A DNA stretch of 64,000 bases from Monocercomonoides exilis PA203 (lineage: Eukaryota > Protista > Preaxostyla), in contig LSRY02000005.1 of the NCBI GenBank assembly GCA_001643675.2, forward strand, positions 1,178,001 through 1,242,000, written 5' to 3'. This document shows, piece by piece, positions 61,201 through 64,000 of the stretch. Under the pieces are notes generated by a model that ran no database searches, was not told where the DNA came from, and saw nothing but the letters and a program-made list of their open reading frames with translations. The translations under genes were made by a program, and so were the position numbers. Every line of letters begins with the position of its first letter. The first letter of the stretch is position 1.

Positions 61201-62953
61201 TTCGCCTCTTCAATCCTTGGACTATTTGATGAATTCTTTCAACAAGCAGATGCAATCGTTTTATAACAAGTCGAACGCCGACACTCCAAAGCATTCGCCT
61301 GTAAAGGCAATCGAAAGCGGAGATTCGCCAATGAAGGCTGCTTCACCAGAGCTTGTTCCACACAAAAGGAGGCTAAGCGATGTTATGCACCAAAAGCCCA
61401 TTCAATCTGATATTCAGCCAAAAAAGTTAAAGTCAACTGATGAGTCATCACCACACACAGAAAAGGGGGTTCTTCAAAAATCTTTATATGAATCCCCATC
61501 TCCTTTCAAAGATAAAAAACTTTTTTCTTCTGTCTCACCTTTTTCAAAACGGGAAGGAACTAATTCTTTTTCTCCATCAATAAGTTCAACTCACACACCA
61601 TCTCCACTGAAGAAACAGTCTTTTTCACCTTTTTCAGAGAAAGCGAGCAGCAACATACTTGGACCTCCTTCTCTTTCATCTAGTCCTCAAACTCCAACTG
61701 CTCAGGACTCCCCAATTAAAGCAAAGTCAAGCAATGCCCCGCATATGCAAGCCAACTTGCCTTCTTCCTTTTCTCCTTTCCACACGCCCCTTCGAACACA
61801 GCGTTGTACGAGTGTTTCGCCTGTCACTCAGCACATGGGCATTGCGTCTTCTTCTTCACCAGACGGAAGTTCAGTGCGTGTGTCTCCTCCTGTGGCAACT
61901 TCTCGTTTCCCTCTGAGCGCGTTTGTTCCTCCATCCTTGCCGGCAACATCTTATCCTCAATTTTACGGCAGGCCAGCATATTTGTCGACGGTAAACAGCC
62001 AATCGACTTCTCCAGTTGGTCAAAACAGAGCTGCTTTGCCTTCCTCAAATCGAATCGTTACAAAAGAGCAGGTGGACAAAGCAGCAGCGAAGCAGGTTTC
62101 TGTGTCGTCGTTGGCCTTTCCATCTCCATTTGCACACAATCTGCAGGTTGCACAGCCAACAAGATCGAAGACTCGCTCGACGGCTGTTCCATCGTATCTG
62201 ATGAAACTCATGTCGTCCCACTCTCTTGACAATGCACAACTAGAGCATGCCAAAAATGGGAATTTGCAGGCTCAGTTAGGAAAGAAGCAAAGTCCTGTGA
62301 AATTGAATACAAACATGCCTGGGCCAGCTTCTCTGGTGCCGTCTCCAGGGACTCATCAAAAGGCGTCTTTTCCACTTCCGCCTCCTTCTAATAAAGCTTC
62401 TTCATCTCCAGCAGCAATATACAGTTCTTCAGCAAAGCCTTCTGTTTCTTCTTCATCAGCCGCTCCTGTTAAGCCATCTCCGTCAAAACAAGCAGACAAT
62501 CTTGAGAAACAAAAAGTGCCTTCACATAGCTCAACTCCAAACAAACAGCAAACAGCAGATGCTCAAAAATCAGACTCACAAAGTGTCTCGCAGTCACCTT
62601 CTACGCCTCAAAGGCAATCTTCAACAGAAGCAGCATTGACATCAACTGTTTCACAGCTTTCCACTCCAACAAGCACAAAATCTCCATATCAGAAACGCCA
62701 GAATACACGTTTCAAGCTTCTTTCTCTTCTTCACCAACATTTATCTCTTTCCAACATATCACATGCTGTTATGTATTTGCCGCCTTCTATCTCAGAAGCA
62801 ATCATTTCTTCGTTTGTCAAGCAAGAGCCAAGCTATTTATCTTCCTCCTCAACAAGTGCACTCCTCAATCACAACCCTGCCCTTTGGTCGTTGAGTCCAT
62901 TATTGCCGCAGCATCTTATTGAAGCAGTTGGACGCATTCAACAGAGAAATTAG
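55234..62953 (+). CDS. SPT3: SAGA subunit Spt3/SUPT3H homolog (~2530 aa) with giant Ser/Pro-rich insertion
   Basis: Exons 55234-55422, 55493-55552 and 55610-62953 join in frame. QIAQIMFSFGD...LMILFRSNPIKVHRIREFLAW is the N-terminal histone fold. TRSMTRVEYTFFSHSREASFTQHRRAQFMTWI, DAVDVLGYLGWEFVGLLTVAALQVK and terminal PLLPQHLIEAVGRIQ match recalled Spt3 motifs. Confidence 0.85.
58136..58240 (+). repeat. (TCT)35 coding microsatellite (poly-Ser)
   Basis: 35 perfect TCT codons in frame in the SPT3 ORF. Confidence 0.95.
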
Positions 62954-63905
62954 ACATTTTTATCAGTTTTAAATCTTTCTTTACAAAATTGAAAATATAT
63001 CTTTTTTGAAAGAGAATATTCTTTAAAAATGTGAAGTTATTGATTTGTTGTTTTTTATTAAAAAATCATGATTTTATATTTTATTTATTGTTTCAGACAG
63101 CTGTTTGAAAGTTAAGTTTCATTTCTTTTTTGATTAATTATTTGTTTTCAATGCTGATGAATTTATGAATATGATCATAAAACTTCAGGAATGATTTTCT
63201 TATCGAAAAATTGCTTGAAGTGCTTTGTTAAGTATTCATCATCTAATATTGTTCAATATACTGGTTCTTTTATAAGAAAATTTGCAATGTATTTTTTTGA
63301 GCAAAGCGAAAAATATTAGAAAAAACTGAAAATTGCGATTTAAACTTTTGAATCCAAAGCTTTTCTTAAAAAGAAAAATGAATATGAGCAATTTTTGAAA
63401 TTTCTATCGAAAATAAATATGAAGACATTTTATAATGGGACAGATCATTTTAATTATTGTTCACTTCGAGCTTTTCTTTTCTTTCAAGGGTGAGCTTGAT
63501 TTAAAAATCATTATGAACTTGACACTCGAAATTTTTGCGTGCATGCTTACTATTTTTAACGCAAACGAAATCCTGTACAACGAAATATTTGTATTAAATA
63601 CAAAAATTGCGCTCCAATCACCGGAGCAAAAGAATTGTTGTTATGCGTTAGCAAACTGCCAGAGCTGTATAATTCAACCAACGATAGTAACTCTAAACTG
63701 TTCTATGAAAATTACAAACGTGTTTCATTTTCCTTTTGATAATAAGGATTTCTTTTTTGGTTTGTGAGGAGTCAAGGCTTGATGTTGCAGGATGCATGTT
63801 TTTTGTTTCATCACAAATGAGCCCATTTGTGGTGGATGGAGGAAACATTAATTCAGTGAATATGACGATTGGAAGTTTGAAGCCATTTGCACCAATTCAG
63901 CGACT

Positions 63906-64000
63906 TTATTGCTCATCTTTCATAAAGTCTGAGAGAGATGGAATAGATTCGATCACTCTTCGTGATTCGTCATTTTCATCATTTGAATTAGCATCTGCTC
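63906..64000 (-). CDS. Possible 3' end of a gene continuing beyond the window
   Basis: Open frame ...ADANSNDENDESRRVIESIPSLSDFMKDEQ-TAA; too short to confirm. Confidence 0.3.
   Translation of the reverse strand, partial: ADANSNDENDESRRVIESIPSLSDFMKDEQ

Overview
Eukaryotic, AT-rich, intron-containing genomic DNA read with the standard code. The gene families, short GT-AG introns and Ser-rich expansions suggest an anaerobic metamonad protist, probably an oxymonad such as Monocercomonoides (inference). Contents in order: (1) a decayed receptor-pseudokinase fragment bracketed by a long inverted repeat; (2) an intact 2733-aa beta-helix/TM/pseudokinase receptor; (3) a ~2300-aa multi-TM TmcB-like protein ending in a hemerythrin-like domain, a candidate O2/redox sensor; (4) a Ser-rich hypothetical protein; (5) an ~8-kb gene-free block of DNA-transposon relics (pogo-like element, MITEs, possible hAT relic); (6) a compact housekeeping cluster: importin-alpha-like, PSMB3, a small membrane protein, a prokaryote-type alkaline-phosphatase-superfamily enzyme with a non-canonical intron, DIM1 and a P4-ATPase flippase; (7) a ~2530-aa SPT3 whose C-terminal histone fold is split by ~2100 aa of Ser/Pro-rich sequence. 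All family assignments come from motif recognition by eye; no database searches were run.
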